Source: Patescibacteria group bacterium
GTDB taxonomy: Bacteria; Patescibacteriota; Microgenomatia; UBA12405
Reading direction: 5' to 3'
DNA length: 64,000 nt
Assembly (NCBI GenBank): GCA_013387215.1
Contig: WARW01000003.1
Coordinates: forward strand, 10,227-74,226
Below the pieces are notes generated by a model. The model was given only the letters and a program-made list of their open reading frames with translations, was not told where the DNA came from and searched no databases. Positions 36,954 to 45,525 of this stretch are shown here, piece by piece (the first letter of the stretch is position 1; every line of letters begins with the position of its first letter). Both the position numbers and the translations under genes were made by a program.

Positions 36954-37496
36954 ATGACAGATGAAGAGATTGTTAAGTCGATTCAAGACGGAAATAAAGA
37001 AAACTACGAACTAATTGTTGAGAGATATGAAAAGAAATTGTTTTTTTATATCAAAAAAATGATCAATCAGCCGGCGGAAGAAGTTGAGGATGTGCTACAA
37101 GAGGTGTTTATTAATTCATATATAAATATTCAAAGCTTCGACACTAAAAAAAAGTTTTCGAGCTGGATTTATAGAATTGCCCATAATAAAAGTGTTGATT
37201 ATATTAAAAAGGTTAAATTGAAAATCAAAATATGTGAAGATGACGATTTGTTTGAAGAAAACAATAAATTAATTGAAGACGTTTTGGTTGAAGAAGAAAA
37301 TAAAACTCAAGTGTTTAGATCAATTAATCTTTTGGAAGAAAAATACAAAGAAGTAGTTCTTTTGTATTATTATGAAAATAAAAGTTATGAAGAAATTTCG
37401 GAAATATTAAGAATACCAACAAATAATGTTGGGGTAATGCTTTTTAGAGCCAAAGAAAAATTAAAAGTTTTTTTAAAAAATTATGAAAAAAACTAA
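36954..37496 (+). CDS. RNA polymerase sigma factor, sigma-70 ECF-like
   Basis: Region-2-like segment (VLQEVFINSY...WIYRIAHNKSVDY) and region-4 HTH (SYEEISEILRIPTNNV). Confidence 0.65.
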   Translation: MTDEEIVKSIQDGNKENYELIVERYEKKLFFYIKKMINQPAEEVEDVLQEVFINSYINIQSFDTKKKFSSWIYRIAHNKSVDYIKKVKLKIKICEDDDLFEENNKLIEDVLVEEENKTQVFRSINLLEEKYKEVVLLYYYENKSYEEISEILRIPTNNVGVMLFRAKEKLKVFLKNYEKN

Positions 37497-37914
37497 ATTA
37501 GAAAAACAAATAATGGAAAAAATTGAAAACAAAGAAATAAAAATGAAATCAAAATGGTGGTTTTTTGCTAAAACCACAAGTTTAAGAGGAATAATTTTGC
37601 TCAATATATTACTCTGTTCAATAATATTGTCAGCTACTGTTTATCTAGTAAGTTTAAAAACTCCACTGGAACTCTTTTCATACGGAAATATTGGCATGGA
37701 AATATTTTTTAATGATTTCCCATATATTTGGCTTATTAGTGCTGTTGTATTAATAATAAGCGGAACAATCTTACTATCGAAAGTGGGAGATAACTATCGA
37801 AAAACAACAAAAACAGTATTGGCTATAAATATTGTTTTTATAATTATCGCAACTTTGATTTTTGGATTACTAAAAAACTCTTTTAACTTAGAAAGTTGGC
37901 TCGGTAGATTTTAA
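37483..37914 (+). CDS. Membrane protein co-transcribed with the ECF sigma factor (putative anti-sigma)
   Basis: Overlaps the sigma-factor gene by 14 nt and has 3-4 TM helices. The role is inferred from context only. Confidence 0.35.
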   Translation: MKKTKLEKQIMEKIENKEIKMKSKWWFFAKTTSLRGIILLNILLCSIILSATVYLVSLKTPLELFSYGNIGMEIFFNDFPYIWLISAVVLIISGTILLSKVGDNYRKTTKTVLAINIVFIIIATLIFGLLKNSFNLESWLGRF

Positions 37915-38178
37915 TTCTTTATCCAATTGATCAAATTGAAAATTTAAGATAGTTTCATTTGTGCCATCAAGATCTTTCATTAGCTGTTCATCAGTTTCTT
38001 TTATAGTTTGAATGTTGTTTTCTTGATTAATTTTTTCGAGTTTAGTGTCTATTTTATTATCGATTTTGTTTAATATTTTTAATTCTGTTTTATCTTTAAA
38101 GGAACAAGCAGAAAGAAAAATTGTAGAAAAAGCCAAAACCGGAATAATAATTTTGTATTTCATTAAATATGATAACAA
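37888..38178 (-). CDS. Small lipoprotein
   Basis: Signal peptide with a lipobox (FLSAC). Confidence 0.45.
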   Translation of the reverse strand: MLSYLMKYKIIIPVLAFSTIFLSACSFKDKTELKILNKIDNKIDTKLEKINQENNIQTIKETDEQLMKDLDGTNETILNFQFDQLDKELKSTEPTF

Positions 38179-38226
38179 AAAACTGCCACTAGTTTAAACT
38201 AGCGGCAGTTAACTATTGACTAATAA

Positions 38227-38835
38227 TTAAGCTTTTACAATAAGTCTTAATGAATCAGTTAAAATCTTTCGAAGAGAATTAAGATCGGTTCTGACTAAAG
38301 TAGCAGGGGCCTTTAATTCAGCAGCCAATGTTTTTGGAGTGGCTGTGGTAGATAATTCATTGAATTTTGCTGTAAAAGCAGCTAAATCTTTTTGATAAGT
38401 TGCTTCGGCGGCGGTAAATTCTGCTAATTTTGCAGTAGCAGCTGTAACATTTTTACCTTGAGATTGTTTTTCGTTTAGTCTGGCGGTTATTTTAGCTTGG
38501 GTTTGAACCAAAACATTATGCCTATTATTAAATTCCTTTAACATAGCAGAATAAATTGCATCAATTCTTTTTTTCTGCATGGCTAATACTTGTTCTTTTC
38601 TAGCTGCTTTTTCGGCATTGGCCTGAACTTTTAAAGCTTGTCTGTCTTGGACAGCAGTGGTTTTTATTTCCTTTATTTCGGCTTGACCAGTTTTTCTAAC
38701 ATCTTTAAGTTCCTGTCTCATTTCTTTTCTAATTCCAGTTGGGGTGGCACTAACAGTGTCAGCAGCAAAAGATGGAGTGGCTAAAACTAAAAACATTAAA
38801 CTAGTAAGCGAAAAAATGATTTTTTTATTGCACAT
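38227..38835 (-). CDS. Secreted Ala/Lys-rich coiled-coil protein
   Basis: Signal peptide (SFAADT cleavage-like) followed by low-complexity A/K/E/Q-rich sequence. Confidence 0.5.
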   Translation of the reverse strand: MCNKKIIFSLTSLMFLVLATPSFAADTVSATPTGIRKEMRQELKDVRKTGQAEIKEIKTTAVQDRQALKVQANAEKAARKEQVLAMQKKRIDAIYSAMLKEFNNRHNVLVQTQAKITARLNEKQSQGKNVTAATAKLAEFTAAEATYQKDLAAFTAKFNELSTTATPKTLAAELKAPATLVRTDLNSLRKILTDSLRLIVKA

Positions 38836-38906
38836 ATTTTGAATTTAATAATTTATAACTTCAATAATTGATACGACAAGCTAATTAAAATATTACAAGC
38901 AATTTT

Positions 38907-39749
38907 TTATTTCTGACAATGCGGACAGTAAAAGGTGCCACGTCCACCAAGCTTAATTCTTTTAATAGGAGTTTTACAAATCAAACAAGGCTCTCCGTCA
39001 CGCTGATAAACCCGAAAATTAAATTGGTTTTGACCACTAGAACCATCAGGCCGAATATATTTATTATCTTTAGCTGTGGAACCTCCTGCTAAAATCGATT
39101 CTTTCATTATTTGGATTAAAAATTTACGAAGCTTGGTGGCTTTTTCTGAACTTATTTGATTGGATGGAGTCTGGGGATTAATTTTAGCTAAAAATAAGGC
39201 ATCGTTAGCATAAATATTACCAATACCGGCAAATTTAGATTGATCAAGCAAGACTGATTTAACTGGTCTTTTAGAGGTTTGGAGTTGTTGAAAAAAATAT
39301 TTGAGAGTAAAGTTTGAATCCAAAATATCACGCCCCAGGTTTTTTTGAGATTTTTCAAGATTCTCCGGGGTAAAAATTTTGACCCAGCCAAACTTGCGCT
39401 GATCATTAAAAAATAATTTGGACCCATTAGAAAAAGTGAAAACGAGTCTGGTTGATTTATTAGGTAAAATTGATTTGTCTTCTTTTGGGGTCGGGTGTCC
39501 AAAAATAAATTCTCCTAAAATAATTTGACCGGTCATTTTTAAATGAAATAGAAGGACTAAATTATTTTCCAAATGAATCGAAAGTTGTTTGCCAATGCGA
39601 GAGGTTTTAATGATTTTCTGGTTTTGGGCTAATTTAGGATCCCCAATAAAAGATTTGGGAGTGAGAATTTCAATATTGGAAATAGTTTTACCAAGAAGAT
39701 GACCGTCTAAAAACTGACGAACAACTTCAACTTCGGGAAGTTCTGGCAT
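38907..39749 (-). CDS. mutM: Formamidopyrimidine-DNA glycosylase (Fpg/Nei family)
   Basis: N-terminal MPELPEVE, H2TH region, and a C-terminal zinc finger CLIC...CPHC. Confidence 0.85.
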   Translation of the reverse strand: MPELPEVEVVRQFLDGHLLGKTISNIEILTPKSFIGDPKLAQNQKIIKTSRIGKQLSIHLENNLVLLFHLKMTGQIILGEFIFGHPTPKEDKSILPNKSTRLVFTFSNGSKLFFNDQRKFGWVKIFTPENLEKSQKNLGRDILDSNFTLKYFFQQLQTSKRPVKSVLLDQSKFAGIGNIYANDALFLAKINPQTPSNQISSEKATKLRKFLIQIMKESILAGGSTAKDNKYIRPDGSSGQNQFNFRVYQRDGEPCLICKTPIKRIKLGGRGTFYCPHCQK

Positions 39750-39753
39750 ATCC

Positions 39754-40677
39754 CTATCTTATCAGATCATCCAGGTCAATATTGGTGACCGTTTCGCTTT
39801 TTCCAAGACGATAAAGAGCAACTCGAGTATCAGCTAATTTGTCTTTTAAAAGGCTTAAAGAATTTAAAAATATCTGAGTGGAACCTAGATAGCCAATGAT
39901 AAGGATTAATCCAGAAATATTTTTAGTCCCCTGATTGACTTCAAAAATCAAATAAAGCAGAGCGGCAGAATAAAAACAAATAGAAATATTTTGAAGTGTG
40001 AACCATTCAATAAAATTCCAACTACAAATTTTTTGATGAACCCGGTTATATTGTTTTTCTTCAAGATCGATGTCGTTAGTGCCTTGAAGCCGAGCATAAT
40101 AAGCTTCGACTTTGGCATTTTGAAGATTTTTTAAGTAAATATAGCGCTGGGTGGTGTAGACATCGACGAAAAAGTACACAACAATATAGACTATTTCAAA
40201 AATAAAGATTTTAAAATCTAAGAAAAATAAAATTAAAGGTGTAGCGATTAAAGAGACCACACTGTCGACTCCAGGCTGACGAATTAGTTCAAGCGTCAAA
40301 CGAACAGCTTCAGAAAAGTTTCTGATAGCCTGGATGGCTTCAAAACGAGCTGATTTGTTTTTTAATTCAAGATCGGGAATTAAAAAATTATGAACTTCAA
40401 ATTGAATGCCACTAATAAGATATTCCAGTTTATTAATAGACAGAAGACGGGTGAAATTTTCCAAAAGATAAATAATAAAAATTAGGGCAACTAGATATAA
40501 AACCGTAGAAAAATTAGATTTATTCTCGACAAGAGCGATGATCTGTGAAAATAAATAGATGGAAAAAATGGGAAAAAGAGCTGAGATAAAGCGAATAAAA
40601 AACCAAAAGAAAAAAGAACCTTTATGACTGATGAATTTTAAAATAAATTTTATTATATTTCGAGTTTCCGGAGTCAT
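39754..40677 (-). CDS. ABC-exporter-type transmembrane-domain protein without an NBD
   Basis: About 6 TM helices with spacing typical of a type I exporter TMD. No Walker motifs, and no adjacent ATPase gene. Confidence 0.35.
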   Translation of the reverse strand: MTPETRNIIKFILKFISHKGSFFFWFFIRFISALFPIFSIYLFSQIIALVENKSNFSTVLYLVALIFIIYLLENFTRLLSINKLEYLISGIQFEVHNFLIPDLELKNKSARFEAIQAIRNFSEAVRLTLELIRQPGVDSVVSLIATPLILFFLDFKIFIFEIVYIVVYFFVDVYTTQRYIYLKNLQNAKVEAYYARLQGTNDIDLEEKQYNRVHQKICSWNFIEWFTLQNISICFYSAALLYLIFEVNQGTKNISGLILIIGYLGSTQIFLNSLSLLKDKLADTRVALYRLGKSETVTNIDLDDLIR

Positions 40678-40728
40678 TATTTAAATGATACTAAAAAACA
40701 GGTGTAGAAGTAAAAACTAGATGATAAA

Positions 40729-41688
40729 ATGGGAAATATGCCAGAGACAAAAGAAATTTTTGACACAATTATTGTGGGATCAGGTCCAGCCGGATTAACA
40801 GCTGCAATTTACAATATTAGAGCAGCTTTAAAAACCGTGGTAATTGCGGGAAATCAGCCAGGCGGACAATTAACCATTACCACTTATGTTGATAATTATC
40901 CTGGTTTTCCAACCGGAATCGGCGGAGTTAAATTGATGATGGATATGCAGGCTCAGGTGAAAAATTTAGGCGGTGAAATTCGCCAAGGATTAGTAAAAGA
41001 AATTCAAAAGAAAGACGGTGTGTTTGAAGTATGTTTTAATGATGAGTCAATTCTTAAAGCCAAATCGGTGATTGTGACAACCGGCGCCAGCGCTAAATGG
41101 TTGGGACTTCCAAACGAAAAAGAATTAGTAGGTAGAGGTGTCAGCGGATGTGCAACTTGTGATGGAATGTTTTTTAAAGATAAAATTGTGGCGGTGGTTG
41201 GCGGTGGAGACACGGCTTGCGAAGATGCAGTGTTTTTAACAAGATTTGCCAATAAAGTTATTTTGATTCATCGACGAGACAAATTCCGAGCTGCACCAAT
41301 GGAGCAAAGCAAAGTGTTTGAAAATAATAAAATTGAAACTTTATGGAATACTGAAGTTGAAGAGATTATAGGAAAAGATAAACTAGAAGCCATTAAAATA
41401 ATTAATAATCAAACCAAAGAAGAAAAAGAAATTCAAATTAATGGACTATTTATGGCTATAGGCCATGATCCGGCTACTCAATTTATTAAAGATTTGGTTG
41501 AATTAAAAGAAACTGGGCAAGTTGTTGTGGGTAAAAATCAAAACTATCCAACCATGACTAACGTTGAAGGTTTATTTGCAGCTGGTGATTGTGCTGATGA
41601 TGTTTACAGACAAGCAATAGTGGCAGCGGGAAATGGCTGCAAAGCAGCCATTGATGCTCAACATTGGCTGGAAAATCAAGAAGCTTAA
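40729..41688 (+). CDS. trxB: Thioredoxin reductase
   Basis: FAD-binding GSGPAGLTAA, redox-active CATCDG, and an NADPH-binding GGGDTA motif. Confidence 0.85.
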   Translation: MGNMPETKEIFDTIIVGSGPAGLTAAIYNIRAALKTVVIAGNQPGGQLTITTYVDNYPGFPTGIGGVKLMMDMQAQVKNLGGEIRQGLVKEIQKKDGVFEVCFNDESILKAKSVIVTTGASAKWLGLPNEKELVGRGVSGCATCDGMFFKDKIVAVVGGGDTACEDAVFLTRFANKVILIHRRDKFRAAPMEQSKVFENNKIETLWNTEVEEIIGKDKLEAIKIINNQTKEEKEIQINGLFMAIGHDPATQFIKDLVELKETGQVVVGKNQNYPTMTNVEGLFAAGDCADDVYRQAIVAAGNGCKAAIDAQHWLENQEA

Positions 41689-42893
41689 ATCAATTTTTTG
41701 ATTGATTTAATAAAGTTGTCTTTAGAAAAACAATCGGCTCGATTAATACAATTTTGAGATATTTTTTGAGAATCTTTTGGAGTTTTAGTAAGTTTTTCCA
41801 ATTCTTGGATTGCCCTAGCACAAGATTCCGGAGTTAATTTATCAAATAAAACTCCGGTTTTACCATCAATAACAGTTTCAGCAGTTCCACCACTTTTAAA
41901 ACCAACAACAGGACAACCAAAAGACATGGCCTCTACCGGAACCATGCCAAAATCTTCATTGTCGGAACAAAACAGAAAAGCTTTGGCTTGGAAATATAGT
42001 TTTTCTTTTTGTTCTTGATTTACTTCACCTAAAAATTCAATGGTGGGGCCAGAGATATTTTTGAGTTCATCCATAAACCCAGCAAAATCACGGCCAAATA
42101 TTTTTAATTTAAGATTCAATTGGTTGCAGGCTTTAATGGCAACATCATAACGCTTAGCTCTAGCTAGTCTGCCGCCTGCTAAAAAGTATGACTCAGATAA
42201 AATTTGGCGGTGCTCGCTACCTTCGGGCTCGACTTCGTTTCGCGTTCGCTGTGCTCCTGAAATTTTATTCTTCGTATTAACGAGCTTCGCCATTTTTGGA
42301 ATTTCTATAGGAGGATTTATAACTATACTGTTTTTACGGTAAAATTTTTCAATGCGGGCGGCAGTGGTTTGAGAATTGGCAATAAATTGATCGACGTTTT
42401 GGGCAAATCTAAAATCTAAAAATCTTAAAAAGTGATTTAAGAATTGAACTATAAAATAAATAAATTTGTTTTTGGTTAAAACTCTGGCAGTGGGCAGACC
42501 ATATAAATAACGAGGCGGAGTGTGGCAATAACAAATTAATTTAGCTTGTTTTTTGTTTAAAGCATTTGGAAAATAGGCACCAGTGGCGGAACTGATAATC
42601 AAGTCGTAATCAGAAAAATCAAAAGAATAAAAAGCTAGCGGCGAAAATAAACGAAGCGGACTGATTATTTTTCTGGCAAAAGGTATAAATTTAAAAAAGC
42701 TTTGATGAATACGACCCGCCCATTTTTTTTGAAGACGATTTTGATGAGGACCTAGAAATTTTGGGCAATAAAGTGAAGTGTAAATCGGAGCATCGGGAAA
42801 AATATCGGAAAAAGTTTCTAGAACTGACTCGGCTCCCCCAAATTCTTTTATATAATCATGAACTAGGGCTATTTTGAGTTTAGTTTGGGTCAT
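41685..42893 (-). CDS. GT4-family glycosyltransferase
   Basis: C-terminal EDFGMVPVEAMSFGCPVV (E-x7-E-like GT4 motif). Confidence 0.75.
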   Translation of the reverse strand: MTQTKLKIALVHDYIKEFGGAESVLETFSDIFPDAPIYTSLYCPKFLGPHQNRLQKKWAGRIHQSFFKFIPFARKIISPLRLFSPLAFYSFDFSDYDLIISSATGAYFPNALNKKQAKLICYCHTPPRYLYGLPTARVLTKNKFIYFIVQFLNHFLRFLDFRFAQNVDQFIANSQTTAARIEKFYRKNSIVINPPIEIPKMAKLVNTKNKISGAQRTRNEVEPEGSEHRQILSESYFLAGGRLARAKRYDVAIKACNQLNLKLKIFGRDFAGFMDELKNISGPTIEFLGEVNQEQKEKLYFQAKAFLFCSDNEDFGMVPVEAMSFGCPVVGFKSGGTAETVIDGKTGVLFDKLTPESCARAIQELEKLTKTPKDSQKISQNCINRADCFSKDNFIKSIKKLI

Positions 42894-42896
42894 AAA

Positions 42897-43847
42897 TTAA
42901 AATAAACTGGTTTGGTTGGGGTCTTCATTTTTTTTGCTTGGTTTGACAATATTATTGTTTTTTTCAAGACGTGCAATTAATGATTTAAAATTATAAGACT
43001 TAAAAACAGCAATTAAGTTTTGCACACAAGTATCACACCATTTAGCATCTGATAATTTAAACTTAAGTGGAATATTATAAACCAAAGTAGCTAGTTTTTG
43101 CGAAAGGTAGGCGTTTTCTTTACCAGAAATTAATTTTTCTTTAAGGCTTGGCTTAATGTTGTCTATATTTTTATAAATATTATCGAGATTTTGATATTCG
43201 GTCAGAAGATCAATAGCAGCTTTAGGGCCGATTCCAGCAACACCTGGATAATTATCCGACATATCACCCATTAAGGCTTTAAGATCAACAACTTGAGTCG
43301 GAAGCACTCCAAGTTTTTCTTTGACTCCTTCGGAATTGATGGTTTTTGTTTCCGAAAGACCACGAATAGGCATAAACAATTCAACTTTTGGCCCAACTAA
43401 CTGCATAATATCTTTATCGCCAGTAATAATGGTGACATTGTCAATAATTCTTTTTTTAGCACCAGTTTGGCTGACTTTTATTTTATTTAAGGCTTTTTTA
43501 GTAATGGTGGCAATTAAATCATCGGCTTCAAAACCACCAATGGCAAAATTAGGGATTTTGGCCTCCTCAAGACTTGATTGAAGCTTCGGAAATTGGCTGA
43601 TCAAATCCATGTCGGCAGGTTTACGTTTCGCACGATAACCAATAAATTCCTCATTGCGAAAATTAGGACCAGGCGAATCGAGACAAACAATTAAATAGTC
43701 CGGTTTTAAGGTGTTAACTGCTGTTAAGATCATGGAATAAAATCCATATAAAGCATTAACCGGCTCGCCGTTTACAGTTAAGGGCGGAATAGAATGATAG
43801 GCACGATGGATGATTGCATGACCATCAACAATGATAAGTTTGGACAT
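42897..43847 (-). CDS. Standalone 5'-3' exonuclease (Pol I N-terminal domain / FEN-like)
   Basis: MSKLIIVDGHAIIHRAYHS N-terminus, acidic metal-binding residues, and an H3TH region (GIGPKAAIDLL). Confidence 0.8.
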   Translation of the reverse strand: MSKLIIVDGHAIIHRAYHSIPPLTVNGEPVNALYGFYSMILTAVNTLKPDYLIVCLDSPGPNFRNEEFIGYRAKRKPADMDLISQFPKLQSSLEEAKIPNFAIGGFEADDLIATITKKALNKIKVSQTGAKKRIIDNVTIITGDKDIMQLVGPKVELFMPIRGLSETKTINSEGVKEKLGVLPTQVVDLKALMGDMSDNYPGVAGIGPKAAIDLLTEYQNLDNIYKNIDNIKPSLKEKLISGKENAYLSQKLATLVYNIPLKFKLSDAKWCDTCVQNLIAVFKSYNFKSLIARLEKNNNIVKPSKKNEDPNQTSLF

Positions 43848-43876
43848 AAGTTAGTTTAGCAGGTAAAATTTAGGTA

Positions 43877-44782
43877 ATGGAACAACACGCGATTCCACAG
43901 CAGATTTCGTCCTACGAATTTAAATTAGTGGGAGAAATGACGCTAAAACAGTTTATTAAGGCAGCGGCGGGAATTATCCTGGCACTATTAATTAACGCAA
44001 CCAAATTAATTATTATTGTTAAGTGGCCTTTAATGGCAGTTTGCGCTGGAGGCGGATTACTTTTAGCTTTTGTTCCTTTTGAAGACAGACCGCTGGAAAC
44101 CTGGGCAGTAGCTTTTATTAAATCGATTTATTCCCCGACTGTTTATATTTATAAAAAAAGAGCAAGTAAAAATTGGCTAGAAATTGATTTGAATAATATT
44201 ACAGATACAGATGGTGCTGAAACAAACGATGACGAAGAAGTACTAGTGGTTAAAGATAAAACTAAAGTAAGAGAATTTATTCAATCACTGCCTTCAGTTA
44301 AAAGAGAAGTAAAAGAAGAAGTTGAAGAAGTAAAAGAAGTGAAAAAAGTACAAGTACCAGTGAGCAATCCTCAAGTGCAAACCCAAACAGAGGTGGTTAA
44401 AAATATACAAAAGACTGAGGATTGGCATGATCAAAAAACTAATTTGAATTTAAAAACCGAAAAACTCGAAGCGACAGGAAAGGCAAATTTTGGAGCAATA
44501 CCAATGCCTGATATTCCAGAAGTTCCAAATATAGTGGTAGGAATGGCGATGGATAGCAATGGTAAAATTGTGGACGGAGTGATTATTGAAATCCAAGATG
44601 AACATGGTAATCCTTCAAGAGTATTAAAAACCAATTCTTTAGGACAATTTAAAACTTCAACTCCATTAGCTAATGGAAGATATTTATTAGTTTGTGAAAA
44701 AGAAAATTTCAGTTTTGATAGGGTCAATATTGATGTTAAGGGTGAGATTATTAAACCGATAAGGATTATTGCCAATAATTAA
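43877..44782 (+). CDS. T4SS/conjugation-associated membrane protein with a C-terminal beta-sandwich (CarboxypepD_reg-like) domain
   Basis: 2-3 TM helices near the N-terminus, a KE-rich linker, and a C-terminal GKIVDGVIIEIQDEHGNPSRVLKTNSLGQFK fold-like segment. Lies directly upstream of the VirB4 gene. Confidence 0.35.
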   Translation: MEQHAIPQQISSYEFKLVGEMTLKQFIKAAAGIILALLINATKLIIIVKWPLMAVCAGGGLLLAFVPFEDRPLETWAVAFIKSIYSPTVYIYKKRASKNWLEIDLNNITDTDGAETNDDEEVLVVKDKTKVREFIQSLPSVKREVKEEVEEVKEVKKVQVPVSNPQVQTQTEVVKNIQKTEDWHDQKTNLNLKTEKLEATGKANFGAIPMPDIPEVPNIVVGMAMDSNGKIVDGVIIEIQDEHGNPSRVLKTNSLGQFKTSTPLANGRYLLVCEKENFSFDRVNIDVKGEIIKPIRIIANN

Positions 44783-44816
44783 TATATGATTAAAATATTA
44801 GTTATAAAAAAATAGT

Positions 44817-45524
44817 ATGGCTACCGATCCACTTAAAATTGCCATTAAAGGTACAACTCAAGACCATTTGCCCATCGAAGATGTGGTTGATGGAGTGGTG
44901 ATTTTGAAAGACGGATCATGTGCGATGGTAATGCAGATATCTTCCGTCAATTTTGATTTGTTATCAGAAAAGGAACAATCGGCTTTGGTTTTTGCTTATG
45001 GCGGAATTTTAAATTCTTTGAACTTTCCAATTCAAATAATTATCAGATCAAACGCTAAAGATGTGTCGGTTTATCTTAATAATTTGAAAGACGCCGAAGA
45101 AAAACAAAGCAATTCTCTTTTGAAACAAAGAATTCAACTATACCGAAAGTTTGTTGAAGAAACGGTTAAAAAAAATGATGTGTTATCAAAATCTTTTTAT
45201 GTGGTGGCTCATTTTTCTGCGTTGGAACTGGGAATAAAAAATGCCGGCAAGCAAACATTGAGCACTATTCTGCCTCCTTTAGGAAAATCGCGTTCAACAG
45301 AATTACCATTTTCCAAAGATTATATTCTAGATAAAGCAAAAGCTAGTTTGGAACCGAAAAGAGATCATTTAATGAGATTGTTTTCCCGATTAGGATTGGA
45401 AATTAAACAATTAAACACCAAAGAATTAATCGAACTGTATTATAAAATTTATAATGAAGAAACGGCTGTAAATCAGAAACTGCAAACACTGAATTACAAT
45501 GCACCAATTGTTACCACTAAATAA
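44817..45524 (+). CDS. Hypothetical protein in the T4SS cluster
   Basis: 235-aa ORF immediately upstream of the VirB4-like ATPase. No clear motif. Confidence 0.4.
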   Translation: MATDPLKIAIKGTTQDHLPIEDVVDGVVILKDGSCAMVMQISSVNFDLLSEKEQSALVFAYGGILNSLNFPIQIIIRSNAKDVSVYLNNLKDAEEKQSNSLLKQRIQLYRKFVEETVKKNDVLSKSFYVVAHFSALELGIKNAGKQTLSTILPPLGKSRSTELPFSKDYILDKAKASLEPKRDHLMRLFSRLGLEIKQLNTKELIELYYKIYNEETAVNQKLQTLNYNAPIVTTK

Positions 45525-45525
45525 A

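Noticed and set aside
38227-38835. Locally elevated GC as a sign of horizontal transfer
   Set aside because: The gene encodes an Ala-rich coiled-coil protein, and GCN Ala codons explain the composition. Codon third positions remain AT-biased like the rest of the window.
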